In this document: in pieces, positions 9,660 to 20,212 of the stretch
Numbering within the stretch: the first letter of the stretch is position 1
Layout: each line of letters begins with the position of its first letter
Source: an uncultured Candidatus Binatia bacterium
Lineage (GTDB): Bacteria; Desulfobacterota; Binatia; UBA9968; JAJDTQ01
Direction of reading: 5' to 3'
DNA: 64,000 nt
Assembly: GCA_964291295.2 (NCBI GenBank)
Contig: OZ219754.1
Coordinates: 1,248,001 to 1,312,000 of the forward strand
Made by a program: the position numbers and the translations under genes
Notes under the pieces: generated by a model
The model's database searches: none
Told to the model about the DNA's origin: nothing
Seen by the model: only the letters and a program-made list of their open reading frames with translations

Positions 9660-10751
9660 TCAGGTACGGCGGAACAGTCGGGCGGCGCCGGCGTAGATGT
9701 GCTGGGTTCCCAAGTTTACCACGACCACCCGGGCCAGATGAAAGGCGATGACCGCGGGGACGCCGATCTCCAGCGCCTGGGCGGTGAGGGCCATCTCCGC
9801 CATGCCGCCGGGCGAGGTGCTGATGATCATGGTGCCGATGGGGAGCCGGAAGGCCCGGGCCAGGGCCACCGCCACCACGAACGAGGCGGCCAGCACGAAG
9901 AGGGAGTTCAGCAGCGCGAACGGGATGAACAGCTTGTAACGGGCGAAGAACGCCCGTTCGTAGCGCGCTCCGAGAACCAGGCCGAACATGAGCTGGGCAA
10001 ACTGCGTCATCCACTGTGGTACGGCCGAGAGCGGGACCTCGCTGACCGTGAAGGCCGCGCCGAAGAAGATGGGCATGAGCAGGTAGCCGTTGTGCATGTG
10101 CAGGCGCTCGGAGATCTCGCCCAGCACGAAACCCGCCAGCAGCCAGGGCACCAGCACCCCCACGTCCAGAGGCGCCGCCGGCCGGTAGTCGCCGGTCTCC
10201 AGCGGTACGCCGCCGTAAGTCAGCGCGAAGGGGATGACCAGTACGAGGATGGAGACCCGCAGGCTGTGGGCCACCGCCACCGGGGCGATCTGAGCGCCGT
10301 AGCGGTGGGCCAGGTTGGCCATGGCCATGGCGCCGCCGGGAATGGACGCGAAGAAGGTCGAGCGGGTCTCGACCCCCGAGACCCGGCTCAGGATCACCGC
10401 CCCCAGCGCGCCGATCACGAAGGCCGACAGGGTTGCCAGGACGATGGCCGGCCAGTTGGCGGCCAGCGCCGCTATCACCGGCGGGGTGAAATAGAGGGAC
10501 AACGCCGAACCGAGCAGCACTTGCCCCATCTGCCGCGCGTAGGGCGGCGAGTCCATGGGTACGCCCAGCAGGTTGAGCGCGGCGACGGCGATCATGGGTC
10601 CGATCATCCAGGGAATGGGCAGGTCCAGGAGGTGGCAGAGGTAGCCCGCCGGGATGCCTGCCGCCAAGGCCGTGAGGATGGCGGGCAGGCGCCGGCGGAG
10701 GTCCACGGCCCCGCGGCGCAGTTCCGTGATGGCCGGCACTCCCCGGTTCAT
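9660..10751 (-). CDS. AbrB-family (E. coli aidB regulator type) membrane protein
   Basis: Duplicated hydrophobic halves, PIPWMIGPM, SIPGG and TSPGG motifs. Confidence 0.85.
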   Translation of the reverse strand: MNRGVPAITELRRGAVDLRRRLPAILTALAAGIPAGYLCHLLDLPIPWMIGPMIAVAALNLLGVPMDSPPYARQMGQVLLGSALSLYFTPPVIAALAANWPAIVLATLSAFVIGALGAVILSRVSGVETRSTFFASIPGGAMAMANLAHRYGAQIAPVAVAHSLRVSILVLVIPFALTYGGVPLETGDYRPAAPLDVGVLVPWLLAGFVLGEISERLHMHNGYLLMPIFFGAAFTVSEVPLSAVPQWMTQFAQLMFGLVLGARYERAFFARYKLFIPFALLNSLFVLAASFVVAVALARAFRLPIGTMIISTSPGGMAEMALTAQALEIGVPAVIAFHLARVVVVNLGTQHIYAGAARLFRRT

Positions 10752-10785
10752 GGACGCCGCCGCCGGTTCCCGGGCGCGGCCCCCG

Positions 10786-11967
10786 TCATACGATGTTTCT
10801 TTCCCGAAGAGAGCGGATGTCGTCCGGCGTGTATCCCAGCCCGGCGAGGGTTTCCTCGTTGTGTTCCCCAAGCCTGGGCGGCCGCAACCGGAGGGTGATG
10901 GGAGTGTCCCGCAGGTTGAGGCCGTTCCGTACCAGCTTGAAGGAGCCGAAATCGGGATGGTCCACTTCCATGAGCCGATCCAGGTACTTCACCTGCGGAT
11001 CCTCGAAAACCTCGGCGAAGTTGTTGATGGGTGCGCACGGTACGTCCCGGGCGCGCAGCTCCTCCAGCCAGTGTTCCCGCGGCGCCGACTGCACCACCGC
11101 ACCGAAGGTGCGGGAGATGAAGTCGTAGTTCTTCGCCCGGGCGGGGCGGTCCCGGGTACGTTCGTCGGTCTGGAAGTCCGGCCGGCCCATGACCTCGGTT
11201 ACGCCGATCCAGAACTTGGGCGGGTGAGACAGGTGGATGACGAAGGGTCTGCCGTCGCCCGCCACCAGCGCGTAGACGCCGGCGGTCTTGATGCGGCTGC
11301 GCATGCTCGGCACCTCCCCGCTGAACAGGTACTGGGTGATGCCGAGCCCCAGGAAGCAGATGGTGGACTCCAGCAGCGAGGTCTCCACCTTCTGGCCGAC
11401 GCCGGTCCGTTCCCTGGCCGCCAGCGCCGCCAGCACGCCGTAGCAGCCGAAGAGGCCGCCCAGGTGATCGGAAAAGGCGGCTCCCGGTCCATGGGGCTTT
11501 TCCAGGTCCGTCAGTACGCTCAAGAGCCCGCTCAGGGACTGGCCGATGGTGTCGTAGCCGGGCCGCTTGCGGTAGGGGCCGTTCTGGCCGAAGGCGGAGA
11601 TGGAACAGTAGACGATGCGCGGGTTCATGGCGCACACCACGTCGTAGCCGATACCCAGCCGGTCGACCACTCCGGGGCGGAGGTTCTCGACGACGACGTC
11701 CGCGTCCCGGGCCAGCCGCAGGAACACCTCCCTGCCCTCGGGCGTCTTCATGTCCAGGGTCAGGCTCTTCTTGTTGCGGTTGAGGGCGCAGAAGCTCGGG
11801 CTGTAGTTCTCCGGCTCCTTGTCCCAGGTGCGGAACGGGTCGCCCTTGCCGGGGGTCTCGATCTTGTACACGTCCGCCCCCAGGTCCGCCAGCAGCAGCG
11901 AAGCGTAGGGACCGGCGATGTAGTTGGTGATGTCGAGGATCCTGATACCTTCCAGTGCTCCGGGCAT
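10786..11967 (-). CDS. CaiB/BaiF family III CoA-transferase
   Basis: LEGIRILD, AGPYA, DLGADVYKIE, NRNKKS, ENLRPG, PPRLGEH. Confidence 0.95.
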   Translation of the reverse strand: MPGALEGIRILDITNYIAGPYASLLLADLGADVYKIETPGKGDPFRTWDKEPENYSPSFCALNRNKKSLTLDMKTPEGREVFLRLARDADVVVENLRPGVVDRLGIGYDVVCAMNPRIVYCSISAFGQNGPYRKRPGYDTIGQSLSGLLSVLTDLEKPHGPGAAFSDHLGGLFGCYGVLAALAARERTGVGQKVETSLLESTICFLGLGITQYLFSGEVPSMRSRIKTAGVYALVAGDGRPFVIHLSHPPKFWIGVTEVMGRPDFQTDERTRDRPARAKNYDFISRTFGAVVQSAPREHWLEELRARDVPCAPINNFAEVFEDPQVKYLDRLMEVDHPDFGSFKLVRNGLNLRDTPITLRLRPPRLGEHNEETLAGLGYTPDDIRSLRERNIV

Positions 11968-11986
11968 GGGGCGGCAGCCTTTCCTG

Positions 11987-12277
11987 TCAGCGGGTGCGCC
12001 GGTATTCGTAGTCTTCGCGTTCGGTGGCGCCGGCCCGAAGCTCGGGCAGCAGCGGCGCCCGGGTGGCGTTCACTCGCGCGTGGACGTCCAGGGCGGCTTG
12101 GTCCACCCAGCGTTCGATCAGCACCAGCTTGTCGGGGTTCACCACGCTGCGGAACACCTCGAACTGCTCGCATCCCGGCTCCTTCATGACTTCCTCGCAG
12201 CGGCCCCGATAGCCCTCCGCGAGTTCGGCGCCTTTCCCCTCCACGGCGTTGATGGTGACGATCAGTCGAAGCGACAT
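11987..12277 (-). CDS. Antibiotic biosynthesis monooxygenase (ABM) domain protein
   Basis: MSLRLIVTI...EPGCEQFE...LIERWVDQAALDVH, 96 aa. Confidence 0.88.
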   Translation of the reverse strand: MSLRLIVTINAVEGKGAELAEGYRGRCEEVMKEPGCEQFEVFRSVVNPDKLVLIERWVDQAALDVHARVNATRAPLLPELRAGATEREDYEYRRTR

Positions 12278-12835
12278 TCCGGTTCCTCCATATGCATGGC
12301 CCGCGTCTCCGGCAGGTTCCGTGACGAGATTTCTCCAGTCTGTACCAGATATGCCGGTGAGCCGCGAGACGCGCGCCGGCCGGGCGGTTGCCTTGCTGCC
12401 GGACGCCGTGATACGGGCGTAGGGCGGGATCAAGCTGGTCGCAAGGTCCTCCACGAGGATCCTCCACGAGGGGGTGCGATGCCCATCAAGCACTACTGCA
12501 AATCCGCAAATCGCACGACATCGCGTCCCGGTCCACACTTTCCGGGGACTTGAGGCTGTGCTGCGCCGGCCGGCAAAAATCTGGTCGAAGCGACGGATTG
12601 ACGATGGCCGGTGCCACGACGTTACCCTTGAAGACGGCACCGTGGCCAAAGGTGTTGATGGAGCGTCATTCAGATCTCGTTGACCCACAGCGGCGCAGCG
12701 AGTGCAGGAATATCGGGCTACGACCGAGCAAGGATGGGGATGACTACAGGCCCGGCAACGGGAGAAATCGAATCTCCTTGACCTTGCACGGCAATCCAGG
12801 TTGTCGCGGGATACCGGGTTCGGTCCGCACGGAGG

Positions 12836-13603
12836 GTGGCGATGCCCATATGGCAGGAGTTGAGTTGGCCGCGGATCAGGGAATGCGCCGGGAAGGGGTG
12901 CGTGGTGATCCTTCCCATCGGGGTCATCGAGCAACACGGCCATCACTTGCCGCTCGACACCGATGCGTTCATCGCGCAGGAAATCGCCCGGGCGGCGGCC
13001 CGGCGGGCCCCGGAACTCCTGGTGGGACCGACGGTGCCCTTCGGCTTCACGCCCAGCAACCGGAACTTTCCCGGCAGCATCAGCCTGACGGCCGCCACCT
13101 GGATGGCGTTGATACGCGAGGTCGTCCGATCGGTGCACCGGCACGGCTTCACCCGCATCGCGCTGTTCAACGGCCACGGCGGCCAGGTGTCGCTGTCACG
13201 GTCGGTGGTGTCGGTGCTCCAGGACGAGGAGGCCATCCGCGTGGTGGCGCTGAACTGGTTCGGCCTGGTGAACAAGGAGATGGAGAGGCTGTTTCCGGAC
13301 GAGAAGATGCCCGGTGGCCGGGTCGGCCACGCCGGTGCGGTGGAGACCTCCCTCAACCTGCATCTGCGCGCCGACCTGGCGTCGCAGGGCAGCCTGGTGT
13401 CCCATCTCGGTCCGCAGATGCCGGAGTTCGTCAGCAAGGTGGGCGGCTATGTTCAGACGCCGCGAGAGGAGCTGTCGCCCTCCGGGGTGATGGGCGATCC
13501 CGGTCTTGCCAACGCCGCCAAAGGCAGGGAGCTGTTCGAGTTGTGCGTGGAACGGCTGTGCGCGTTCGCACGGGAGTACCGCGAGAACGAACAGGCGGGG
13601 TAA
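12836..13603 (+). CDS. Creatininase/creatinine amidohydrolase family protein
   Basis: PIGVIEQHGHHLPLDTD, NGHGG, HAGAVETS, SGVMGDP. Confidence 0.93.
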   Translation: MAMPIWQELSWPRIRECAGKGCVVILPIGVIEQHGHHLPLDTDAFIAQEIARAAARRAPELLVGPTVPFGFTPSNRNFPGSISLTAATWMALIREVVRSVHRHGFTRIALFNGHGGQVSLSRSVVSVLQDEEAIRVVALNWFGLVNKEMERLFPDEKMPGGRVGHAGAVETSLNLHLRADLASQGSLVSHLGPQMPEFVSKVGGYVQTPREELSPSGVMGDPGLANAAKGRELFELCVERLCAFAREYRENEQAG

Positions 13604-13607
13604 GAGG

Positions 13608-14585
13608 CTACCGCACCAGCGACCGCGCGGCCGCCGCGATGCGCTCCGGCGTGGGGGTGACGTAGTCCTCCAGCGGTACCGCGAAGGGCACCGGCACCGG
13701 CGGGACCGCCACCCGCTTGATGGGCGCCTTCAGGCTGTCGAACGCCAGATCCGCCATCAGCGCGGCCAGTCCCGCGGCCACGCCGCAGTTGTCGTGGCTC
13801 TCGTCGGTGACCACCAGCCGGCCGGTCTTCGCGACCGATGCGCACAGGGCGTCGGTGTCCAGCGGCTCGAGCGTCCGCAGGTCCACCACCTCCGCGGATA
13901 TGCCGTCCCTGGCCAGGGCGTCCGCCGCCGCCAGCGCCCGGGGCACCTGGACACCGGCCGCGATGACGGTGACATCCCCGCCCTGGCGCGCCACCACCGC
14001 CTGCCCGAACTCCGTTTCGTACGCTTCCTCCGGCACGGGACCGCGTTCGTTCAGCAGCCGCTCGTGGGCAAGGAAGATGGTCGGATCCCGGCTCTCCAGG
14101 AGCGCGGTGCGTAGCAGGCCCTTGGCGTCCCGGGGCGTGGCCGGCATGACCACCTGCAGGCCCGGCGTGTTCCAGTACCACGACTGCGGGCTGCCGGAGT
14201 GCTGCACGCCGCCGCCTCCCCGGATGCCGTAGCGCATGAAGTAGGTGACCGGAACGCGGGTCCGGCCGCCAGAGTTCGAACAGGCCACCGCCGCTTCGTT
14301 GCTGATCTGCGGGATCGCTTCGTAGGAGAAGGTCGCGGTGCCGATGTCCACCAGCGGCCGCAATCCGGCCATGGCCGCTCCCGCGGCGATGCCGCAATAG
14401 CCCAGTTCGGCGATGGGCGGGGACTTGATGCGCCGTCCGTGGCGCTGGCGCACGGCGGCGAAGCGCTCCCGGGCGGGGGCGGAGTCTGCCAGGCCGCCGC
14501 CGATCAGTATCACCCGCCGGTCCTGCTCCATGGCCCCGGCCAGAGCCTCCACCAGGGCCTCTCCCAGGGTTATTTCCCGGGTCAT
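13608..14585 (-). CDS. ThDP-dependent dehydrogenase E1 beta subunit (AcoB/PdhB-like)
   Basis: PIAELG, QHS, PGLQVVMPATPRDAKGLL, VDLRTLEPLD. Confidence 0.92.
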   Translation of the reverse strand: MTREITLGEALVEALAGAMEQDRRVILIGGGLADSAPARERFAAVRQRHGRRIKSPPIAELGYCGIAAGAAMAGLRPLVDIGTATFSYEAIPQISNEAAVACSNSGGRTRVPVTYFMRYGIRGGGGVQHSGSPQSWYWNTPGLQVVMPATPRDAKGLLRTALLESRDPTIFLAHERLLNERGPVPEEAYETEFGQAVVARQGGDVTVIAAGVQVPRALAAADALARDGISAEVVDLRTLEPLDTDALCASVAKTGRLVVTDESHDNCGVAAGLAALMADLAFDSLKAPIKRVAVPPVPVPFAVPLEDYVTPTPERIAAAARSLVR

Positions 14586-15610
14586 TGCGAGTCGCCCCTT
14601 CCGGCGTACGCGTACCGGACCGCCTCCTCCGGCGGCGGCAGCGGGCTCGTCAGCGCGAACCGCGCCGCCGCGTCCGCTTCCCGGCGCACCGCCTCGTCCA
14701 GCCGCACGAGGGTGTCCCGGTCGCAGCCCCCGCTGTCCGCCAGTTCCCGCACGTAGGCCAGCAGGCCGTCCCTCTCCGCGTACCAGGAACGCACATTCTC
14801 GGGCACCAGGCCAGGGTCCCAGGCCCAGCGGATGTCGGTGAGCCCGGCCACCAGTTCGGGATGCGCGCCGTCGTTGCCCGGCCAGGGGTGGGTGCGGGCC
14901 TCGACGAAGAACGGCCCCTCGCCGGCCCGTGTTCGTCGCACCCGTTCCCTGACCGTGCCGTGCACCTGGCCTGCGTCGCCGCCGTCCACGGCGGTGGTCT
15001 CCACGTCCAGGGCCCGCGGAATGTCTGCCAGATCCACCGCGCTGTGCCCGTCGTTGATCCTGCCGGCCCGGCGGTGGTTGTTCTCCATCAGGAAGATCAG
15101 AGGCAGTTCCCACAGCCTGGCCATGTTGAGGCTCTCGTAGAGTACCCCCTCGTCCATGGCGCCGTCCCCGAAGAAGACCACGGTGACCGCTCCCGTCTCC
15201 TGCAACTGTGCGGCCAGCGCGGCGCCGGCGGCAAGGGCGGTGCCGCCGCCCACGATGGCGGAGGTGTGGGGGATGTTCAGGTCCGGGGCTGCCACGTGGA
15301 ATGTCCCGCCGCGCCCGCGGCAGTATCCGGTCTCGCGGCCGATGATCTCCGCCAGCACCCTGCCCGGGTCGCCGCCCTTGGCGATGACGTGGCCGTGGTT
15401 GCGGTGGGTGCTGAAGAGGTAGTCTTCCGGTGCCAGCGCGGCGCAGACGCCGGCGCCGGTGGCCTCCTGTCCGATGTAGATGTGGAAGTGGCCCCGGATG
15501 AGGCCTTCGTGCTCCTCGTTGAACCGGACCACGTGTTCTTCCACCCGCCGGATCAGGAGCATTTTCCGCAGCAGGTCCAGCCGCTGGTCTCGTGGCATGT
15601 CGGGCAGCAT
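14582..15610 (-). CDS. ThDP-dependent dehydrogenase E1 alpha subunit (AcoA/PdhA-like)
   Basis: GQEA, STHRNHGH, ThDP motif GDGA...ENN; 4-bp overlap with the beta gene. Confidence 0.92.
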   Translation of the reverse strand: MLPDMPRDQRLDLLRKMLLIRRVEEHVVRFNEEHEGLIRGHFHIYIGQEATGAGVCAALAPEDYLFSTHRNHGHVIAKGGDPGRVLAEIIGRETGYCRGRGGTFHVAAPDLNIPHTSAIVGGGTALAAGAALAAQLQETGAVTVVFFGDGAMDEGVLYESLNMARLWELPLIFLMENNHRRAGRINDGHSAVDLADIPRALDVETTAVDGGDAGQVHGTVRERVRRTRAGEGPFFVEARTHPWPGNDGAHPELVAGLTDIRWAWDPGLVPENVRSWYAERDGLLAYVRELADSGGCDRDTLVRLDEAVRREADAAARFALTSPLPPPEEAVRYAYAGRGDSQ

Positions 15611-15960
15611 TCGTCCTCCCGCCGGTTCGGAGTTGGCGGTCCGACTCTACTTCGACGGAGCAGGGAATGGAAGCCCGCCCGAATGCGTCCCGCCGGCATG
15701 GGGTCGAAGTCAATGGACCGCGGGATCGAACTTCTCCGGCGGGCGCCCGGTGTGGCTGCGGGGGCCGCCCTGCTCCATCGGCCCGCCCTCTCGCGGCGGC
15801 GCGTCAATGGCTGCCGGAAGAATGGCTGCCGGGAAGATGGATCCGTCCCGGCGCCCGCTCCCGGTGTCTTGCGGAGATGCGATGGCGCCGGAGGTCCGGC
15901 GGCGTTTCGAAGCGGCTGTCCGCGGAAACGTGCCGGCGGGCTCACGTCACGGGGAGGTTC

Positions 15961-16812
15961 TCAGGGCCGGGCGGCGTCGGGCAACGGCCAGTCCAGCCAT
16001 TCGGCGATGGCCCGTCCCAGGATCCACTCCTTCTCGGCGCCGGTCAGGTCGTGAAGCTCCTCGGTGAACAGCGCCAGTGCCTGGCGATAGGAACAGGGCA
16101 GGTGGGACAGGTCGGTGCCCCAGAACACGCGCCTGGGGCCGAAGGCGTCCACGACGCGGCGGATCTGCGGATGAAGCGATGGATAGGGATAGCGCTCCGC
16201 CGCATAGCACGGCAGCGCCGACGCCTTCACCGCCACGTTGGGCAGGGCCGCGAGCTGGATCACCCCGTCGATGATGGGCTCCAGGGGCTTGCCCGCCAAG
16301 CTCGAGTTGAGTCCCATGTGGTCGATGGCCAGACGCAGTCCGGGGTGGCGCGCGGCGACCGCGGCGAGGTGGGGCAGCGCGTGGGGTGCCAGCACCATCA
16401 CCGGGATGTCATGCTGTTCGGCCGCCTTCCAGAACCAGTCGATGGCGCCGTCCTTGAGCCACGTGCGGTAACGGCCGCGATGGAAGGTGAGGCGAATCCC
16501 TCGCATGCCGGGCTGGTCTTTCCAGGTGGCCATGCGTTCCCGGCTTTCGGGCGCGTCGAGGGCCAACCGGCCCATCACCGCGAACCGGTCCGGGTACAGG
16601 CGGGCCGCATCAAGAGAGGTGTCGTTGCGGTCCGCTTCCCAGGTGGGCGGCACCAGCACCGCACGGGCGACCCCGGCGCCATCCATCTCGCGCAGCAGTT
16701 CCTCGTGCCCCAGCGGTTCGGGACGATGGGGCGCGGCCGCGTCGATCCGATCCCAGGGTTTGTCGGCGGTCTCGGGTGCCCAGATGTGCACCTGCGAATC
16801 GATGATCTGCAT
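15961..16812 (-). CDS. Amidohydrolase family 2 protein (LigI-like)
   Basis: IIDSQVHIW, IDHMG, FGPRRVFWGTD. Confidence 0.9.
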   Translation of the reverse strand: MQIIDSQVHIWAPETADKPWDRIDAAAPHRPEPLGHEELLREMDGAGVARAVLVPPTWEADRNDTSLDAARLYPDRFAVMGRLALDAPESRERMATWKDQPGMRGIRLTFHRGRYRTWLKDGAIDWFWKAAEQHDIPVMVLAPHALPHLAAVAARHPGLRLAIDHMGLNSSLAGKPLEPIIDGVIQLAALPNVAVKASALPCYAAERYPYPSLHPQIRRVVDAFGPRRVFWGTDLSHLPCSYRQALALFTEELHDLTGAEKEWILGRAIAEWLDWPLPDAARP

Positions 16813-16842
16813 GGCGGGCCAGGCCCCGGTGAGGCATCCTCG

Positions 16843-18015
16843 CTACCGTGCCGGCGGCGTCTCGGCGTCCCGGTAGGTCCACTGGAAATCTCGGTTGCGG
16901 TAGACCTCGTCGGGCATCAGGCTGGTGAGCTCCCGCTTCTCCAGTTCGGCCTCGAAGCGCTCGCGGATCCACGGATCCTCGTCCGCGTACTCGATCTGGT
17001 CCCGGGCGCGGTCCTCGACTTTCTCGGCGTGGCCGCGGAACTGGCGGGGCGGGTGGAGCGCTAGGTATCGCGCCGGCGTCCCGCCGGCATTGAAGTGCTG
17101 GTGGAACCACTTGCCCGGCGGCACGAACATGCTGGCCTCGTGCCACGGCGCCACCACCTTCTCCTTGCCCTCCTCCCAGAGGATGGAGTAGCCCGTCCCG
17201 GCGGGGATGACGATGACCCGGCCCGGGCCGTGCCGGTGGGCCTTCTTGTAGGTGCGGGACGGGAACACCGACATGTGGCACGACATCTCGGAGTGGGGAA
17301 ACGTCATCAGGACGCTGTGGCCGCCCGCGCCCCTGCGGCTGCTGCGGTTGAGCTTGTTCCAGGAGCCCATGTCGGGAAAGAAGTTGCCGTACCAGAAGAT
17401 GCCGCTGCGGCCGCCCCAGGTGCGGGTCGGGTCGCCGTCGCGCACGAGTTTCGCTTCGGAGTAGAGGGGGCCGCTCTCCGACAGATGGTCCACCCCCTGG
17501 TGGCGGTTGTTGAAGAAGAACGCCGGGTCCGTGTGGAGCGACAGCGCCAGCGGCAGGTAGCTGTAGCGCAGCAGCCGTACCGGCTGGTCGCCGCGCATGT
17601 TGCTCAGGGTGTGGTGATAGTTGTGCGGAATCTGGAACAGGCTCCGGGGTTGCCACTCGAAGGTGGTGCGGGGACCGTTGTCGCGCAGCCACACGTTGGT
17701 CACGCCGTGGCCCTGGAGCACGTAGACCAGTTCGTCAAGAGCGAATTTCAGCGGCGGCAGCGTCTGACCCGGGGGGATCTCCTGCACCATGGCGGAGGTG
17801 ACCCCCTCCTGCCCCACCAGCTGGATGAAGGCGCTCTCGCACCCCCGCTCCGGCCACCAACCCAGTTCCACCGTGCGCAGGTCCTTGATGAAGTAGCCCC
17901 GATGGATCGGCACGCCGGTGGAGGCCATCCAGTCATCGTAGGTGTATTCCTTGACTTCCAGCTCGGGTGCCACGGAGTCGTCGGAACTTGTGTCAGTCCG
18001 GACCTGCGTCGTCAA
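16843..18015 (-). CDS. Bicupin-domain protein (possible dioxygenase)
   Basis: Two cupin repeats; C-terminal KAHRHGPG...WFHQHFN; TTG start after AAGGAG RBS. Confidence 0.8.
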   Translation of the reverse strand: MTTQVRTDTSSDDSVAPELEVKEYTYDDWMASTGVPIHRGYFIKDLRTVELGWWPERGCESAFIQLVGQEGVTSAMVQEIPPGQTLPPLKFALDELVYVLQGHGVTNVWLRDNGPRTTFEWQPRSLFQIPHNYHHTLSNMRGDQPVRLLRYSYLPLALSLHTDPAFFFNNRHQGVDHLSESGPLYSEAKLVRDGDPTRTWGGRSGIFWYGNFFPDMGSWNKLNRSSRRGAGGHSVLMTFPHSEMSCHMSVFPSRTYKKAHRHGPGRVIVIPAGTGYSILWEEGKEKVVAPWHEASMFVPPGKWFHQHFNAGGTPARYLALHPPRQFRGHAEKVEDRARDQIEYADEDPWIRERFEAELEKRELTSLMPDEVYRNRDFQWTYRDAETPPAR

Positions 18016-18111
18016 TGGCTTCTCCTTGAACTGCCGCGCTCCCGCCGCCGGTGGAAGCCGGGTACCGGGTCTCGCGGGAATGGCGGATGTATGCGTTTCC
18101 GCCGGTTGGTA

Positions 18112-18537
18112 TCACGCTCCCGCCACTTCGTCGAACGAGGGCTCGGGCATGCCCTCCTTCCAGGTGGGGTCCCGCAGTTCCAGCCAGTTGCCGCTGGGGT
18201 CCGAAAAGTAGAGTTCCCGGCCCGGGAAGTACCCGCCCTTGCGGTAGTAGAGCTCCACCACGGGGACGTTCTTCTCCTTGAACAACCGGCAGGCCTCGTC
18301 GAGGGTCTCGGGACTGACCGTGAAGGAGTGATGGACGCGGTCGTCCTCCACCCTGTCCGTCGCCTCCCGCCGCTCGCACAACAGGATGTTGTGGTCGCCC
18401 ACATTGAAGCACGCCATGACGTTGTTGGCGAGCCGGCCCAGGTTCTTCAGCCCGAGCATACCACCGTAGAACTTCTCCGCCTCGTCCAGGTCGTTCACCG
18501 GAATCGACCAGTGCGTGACCCCTTCAATCCTGAGCAT
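18112..18537 (-). CDS. VOC/glyoxalase family protein
   Basis: GVTHWSIPVNDL...FYGG, HHSF, YFSDPSGNWLE. Confidence 0.92.
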   Translation of the reverse strand: MLRIEGVTHWSIPVNDLDEAEKFYGGMLGLKNLGRLANNVMACFNVGDHNILLCERREATDRVEDDRVHHSFTVSPETLDEACRLFKEKNVPVVELYYRKGGYFPGRELYFSDPSGNWLELRDPTWKEGMPEPSFDEVAGA

Positions 18538-18832
18538 CCGTCTGTCTCCTTTCCTGCCTTGCCGCCGGATCCCGGAACCTTGGTTCCGCACGGTATTCTT
18601 TACGATGGACAAAAGGGAACAGGCAACCGGCGGCGAGACAGACTTTCCCATGCTGGGGGTTGTGTTGGGATGAGGGCGGGGTGGAAAGGTGTACGGTGCC
18701 TTCCCGGCGGTTGTCGGTGCAGGGGTAATTTCGAGGGATGAGCGCCGGGCGGGGTGATCGGAGGACGGGTCAGGGCAGTCGGGTGGCCTGAGGGGGTGGT
18801 TGGGGCTGGGGTCCCGGGTCGTCGGTCGCCGG

Positions 18833-20159
18833 TCAGGGCCGGGTCACGGCGGCGAAGGCTTGGCTGTGGTCGAGTTGCAGCCGTCGGCGGGTTTCGGCGA
18901 AGCTCTCGGAGTCGCGCCGGTGGGTGAAGATCACCGCGAGTGCGATGCGGTCGAGGCGGGCGCGGTTGGCCGGTCCGTGTCCGATGCCGGTCAGGCATGC
19001 GTCCTCGCCGAAGACGCAGTCCCTCCGGCGGTGGTTGCGGTTCTCCACGACCCCGTGTCCGCGATTGAGCCGGAGCCGGTCTTTCGGGGATGCGGCTGCG
19101 GCATCGAGGGAGGTGAGGACATGGGCGGTTTCCATGTGTTCTTCCCCGGCCCTGTCCCCGTCCTCGCGCAGGGGCTCACGGCAGCGGGTGATCTGGCGGA
19201 CGCCGGGGTAGTGGACCCGGCGCGGGGGCGGGACGCGGATGGAGCGCGGCTCCGGACCACCGGGAAGCTTGTCGAGTTCCTCCTCGAAGTGGCCGGTGGC
19301 GTCTTTCTCCCAGTCAATGCGGGCGAGAAGATGGAAGGTGTCCGGCGCGTTGGCCTTGACCGGGAAAAGATCGTCGGCACCACACATGCACGGCGAGCAC
19401 GCAGGCCCACCCAGGGCTTCCGGCCCTGGTTCCGGCGGAAGTCCGGCACGACCGCCCGTTCGGCATACAGGGAACGCATCGCCACCGGGTGGCGGGAAGC
19501 CAGGCCGGGATCGACCGGAGGCGCCACGTGGGGCGGCAGCGGACGCGGGTTCGACAGCCGCGCCCGGGGGTCGGGCCGCAGCGGCTTGACCCCTGTCTCC
19601 TTCCGCCGACCGTGGGGGTCGGTGCAACGCCCGTTGGCGCGCGCAAACCCGCGGGTCCTGCCCGGCCCGCCGCCTTGTAAAGCGTGCCCGCAAACAACCC
19701 CGGATCGCGGAACGTCTCGGCCAGAAGCACCGGATGGCGGAGCACCGCCCGTCAGTCGCCTGTCCGCCGTGGGGTCATGCGGGCCCCGAAAGGGGAGGCA
19801 AGGTTGGGAAACACACCGGGCATGGAGAGCAGCAGGAGGCGCGTGTGGTTGGCGATCCGACCTGGGCGCTGGAACGGCTGCTTCGACCGCCGTGGGGTCC
19901 AAGGGTCCTGCGGTCGGCACTTGAGGGCGCCGTTCTGCCACGCGGCAGGCCCGGCATCGACCTTGGAAGGGCGCCGCAAGGCGAAGGCTGCGGCCTGCCA
20001 GACGGGGAAAGGCCTGACAAGGATGGGTGTCCATCCGCACGTGTTCCGTTCTGGAGGCTTCTCCGGCTTCACGAGAGGCACCTCCATCTCCGACAGCGCA
20101 TACCTTCCCGGAGCCTCACGGTGGATGGCGCTCGACCGCTTGCGGATGCGTTCCAACAT
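18833..20159 (-). pseudogene. Decayed ISAs1-family transposase with an N-terminal DUF4338-like domain
   Basis: Fragments in different frames: IANHTRLLLL..PGVFPNLAS..*RAVLRHPVLLAETFRDP..FAGTLYKAAG (DUF4338-like) and VKANAP...RGHGVVENRNHRRRDCVFGEDAC (ISAs1 DDE C-terminus); interrupted by stops and frameshifts. Confidence 0.8.
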
Positions 20160-20212
20160 TCCTCCTCACTATTTGCTACAGGGCAAGACCTTGACCAAGA
20201 CCTTGGCTTGAC

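Noticed and set aside
9660-10751. 'Putative ammonia monooxygenase' (legacy name of this family)
   Set aside because: AbrB-family membrane protein; no amoCAB motifs or operon
19680-19940. Druantia (DruA/DUF4338) anti-phage system
   Set aside because: The DUF4338-like fragment is part of a decayed ISAs1-type transposase; no other dru genes are present
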